Positions 63,129 to 64,000 of a DNA stretch of 64,000 bases are shown piece after piece (within the stretch, counting starts at the first letter, position 1; each line of letters begins with the position of its first letter). The notes beneath the pieces are model-generated. The model was not told where the DNA came from, made no database searches, and was given only the letters and a program-made list of their open reading frames with translations. This stretch comes from an uncultured Fibrobacterota bacterium (GTDB lineage Bacteria; Fibrobacterota; Chitinivibrionia; Chitinivibrionales; FEN-1185). The position numbers were made by a program, and so were the translations under genes. The stretch covers positions 352,001-416,000 of the forward strand of contig CAVSQB010000005.1 in the NCBI GenBank assembly GCA_963729895.1. The letters are read 5' to 3'.

Positions 63129-63563
63129 TCACCCGAGAGGGTTAATTGCCCGGATACCTCTGAACTTCAGAAAATCCCTGTCGGCTGTAAAGATGGTGGA
63201 TACGCCATTTTCTTTGAGCAAAGCCACAATGAGCGCGTCGGTGATTACGCCTCCCCTTAAATGTCCGCCGAGAATTTCCTTCTTGTAATGTGGCCAAAAC
63301 TGTTCCGTCTCGGAAATGAGACTTACGTGCGGCAGTTCAAGCAGCTGGTCGACGATCGCAACCGCCTGCAAAGGGGAAAGCGGGCTGGGCAGTATTCCGC
63401 CGTGCGTTGAAATCCCGAGAAACGCGTGAATGACCGGCCACGGCACAACCCACGTTTCGGTTCCCGACGCCTTCTCTTCCACGAATTGCCGGGCCTTCTC
63501 GTGGAATTCGGAATCCTGGTTTACCGCATACAATAGGATATTCGCATCCGTTGAAAAGCTCAT
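63129..63563 (-). CDS. vapC: VapC PIN-domain toxin
   Basis: DANILLYA, TDALIVA, TADRDF. Confidence 0.88.
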   Translation of the reverse strand: MSFSTDANILLYAVNQDSEFHEKARQFVEEKASGTETWVVPWPVIHAFLGISTHGGILPSPLSPLQAVAIVDQLLELPHVSLISETEQFWPHYKKEILGGHLRGGVITDALIVALLKENGVSTIFTADRDFLKFRGIRAINPLG

Positions 63564-63808
63564 TCCGGTCTCTTTTCAACCGCAGACAGAATTGCTTCCT
63601 TGTCCTCCAACGGTACATGAGGGGTTCCCATCGAAAAGGTCTTAAGCGTGAAACGTTTCTGAGGCCTCACAGGTTTCCTTCCTTTGAATCGGATTCCGAT
63701 TCCCATCAATTCGGATATGGTCTCGCCCAGGGTTCGGTGTTCTTTGTGGGCGATTTGTTTAGCCGTTTTCAGAACGGATTCATGCAGACAGATTGTGGTG
63801 CGGGTCAT
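63560..63808 (-). CDS. VapB-like antitoxin (RHH)
   Basis: MTRTTICL...RTLGETISEL; ATGA overlap with vapC. Confidence 0.8.
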   Translation of the reverse strand: MTRTTICLHESVLKTAKQIAHKEHRTLGETISELMGIGIRFKGRKPVRPQKRFTLKTFSMGTPHVPLEDKEAILSAVEKRPE

Positions 63809-64000
63809 GGGTTCCCCTTTTCTGAGTACGATAATTACCAATATAGCATTTTATTCATCTTGATGCAAGGAGCTATTCATCACGATGAATGCATGAGGGG
63901 CCTGTTGGGTCTGAGACAATGAGTGAAAAAGCGGGTGAGCGAACATCCGCGACACTACGTTGGGAATCCGGCTCGAGTTGGGCGGAGGTAAAGCGGCTCT

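Noticed and set aside
63860..64000. Possible structured RNA or element end at the window edge
   Set aside because: Truncated by the window boundary, with no motif I can support

Overview
Bacterial chromosomal window, GC-rich in coding regions. Several secreted proteins end in a short Ig-like 'VYD/S-L/V-x-G-K/Q...G-V/M-Y/F' tail resembling T9SS/FlgD sorting domains, which suggests an FCB-group organism such as Fibrobacterota; this is inference only. Left part: redoxin and msrAB, a papain-like protease, Mut7-C, a DUF1638-like gene, an lsrF-rpe-aldolase/SDR operon, an IS5, homocysteine-methyltransferase and corrinoid proteins fed by an Opp/Dpp ABC operon, and two carboxypeptidase-regulatory-repeat surface proteins. 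Middle: a nucleotide-sugar dehydrogenase, ROK kinase, ligA, rlmM, a sorting-domain/GH3/outer-membrane-protein trio, a Ser/Thr kinase, xth, lpdA, rlmI-like, rho, proC, an FHA protein and HU. Right part: an IS3 nested inside a second IS, then groES-groEL-hrcA-grpE-dnaK-fic-dnaJ with a CIRCE element, and a VapBC pair. Most notable: (1) four copies of a 350-500 nt modular non-coding element with compensatory base changes, three of them directly 5' of genes and one split by the IS5; (2) a class II-type Fic gene between dnaK and dnaJ, translationally coupled to a decayed copy of the dnaJ 5' end; (3) a split corrinoid methyltransferase module linked to an ABC importer and sugar-phosphate catabolic genes; (4) a ~175 nt rod-like RNA candidate; (5) several unrelated REP-like palindrome families. 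All calls come from reading the sequence; no database search was run.
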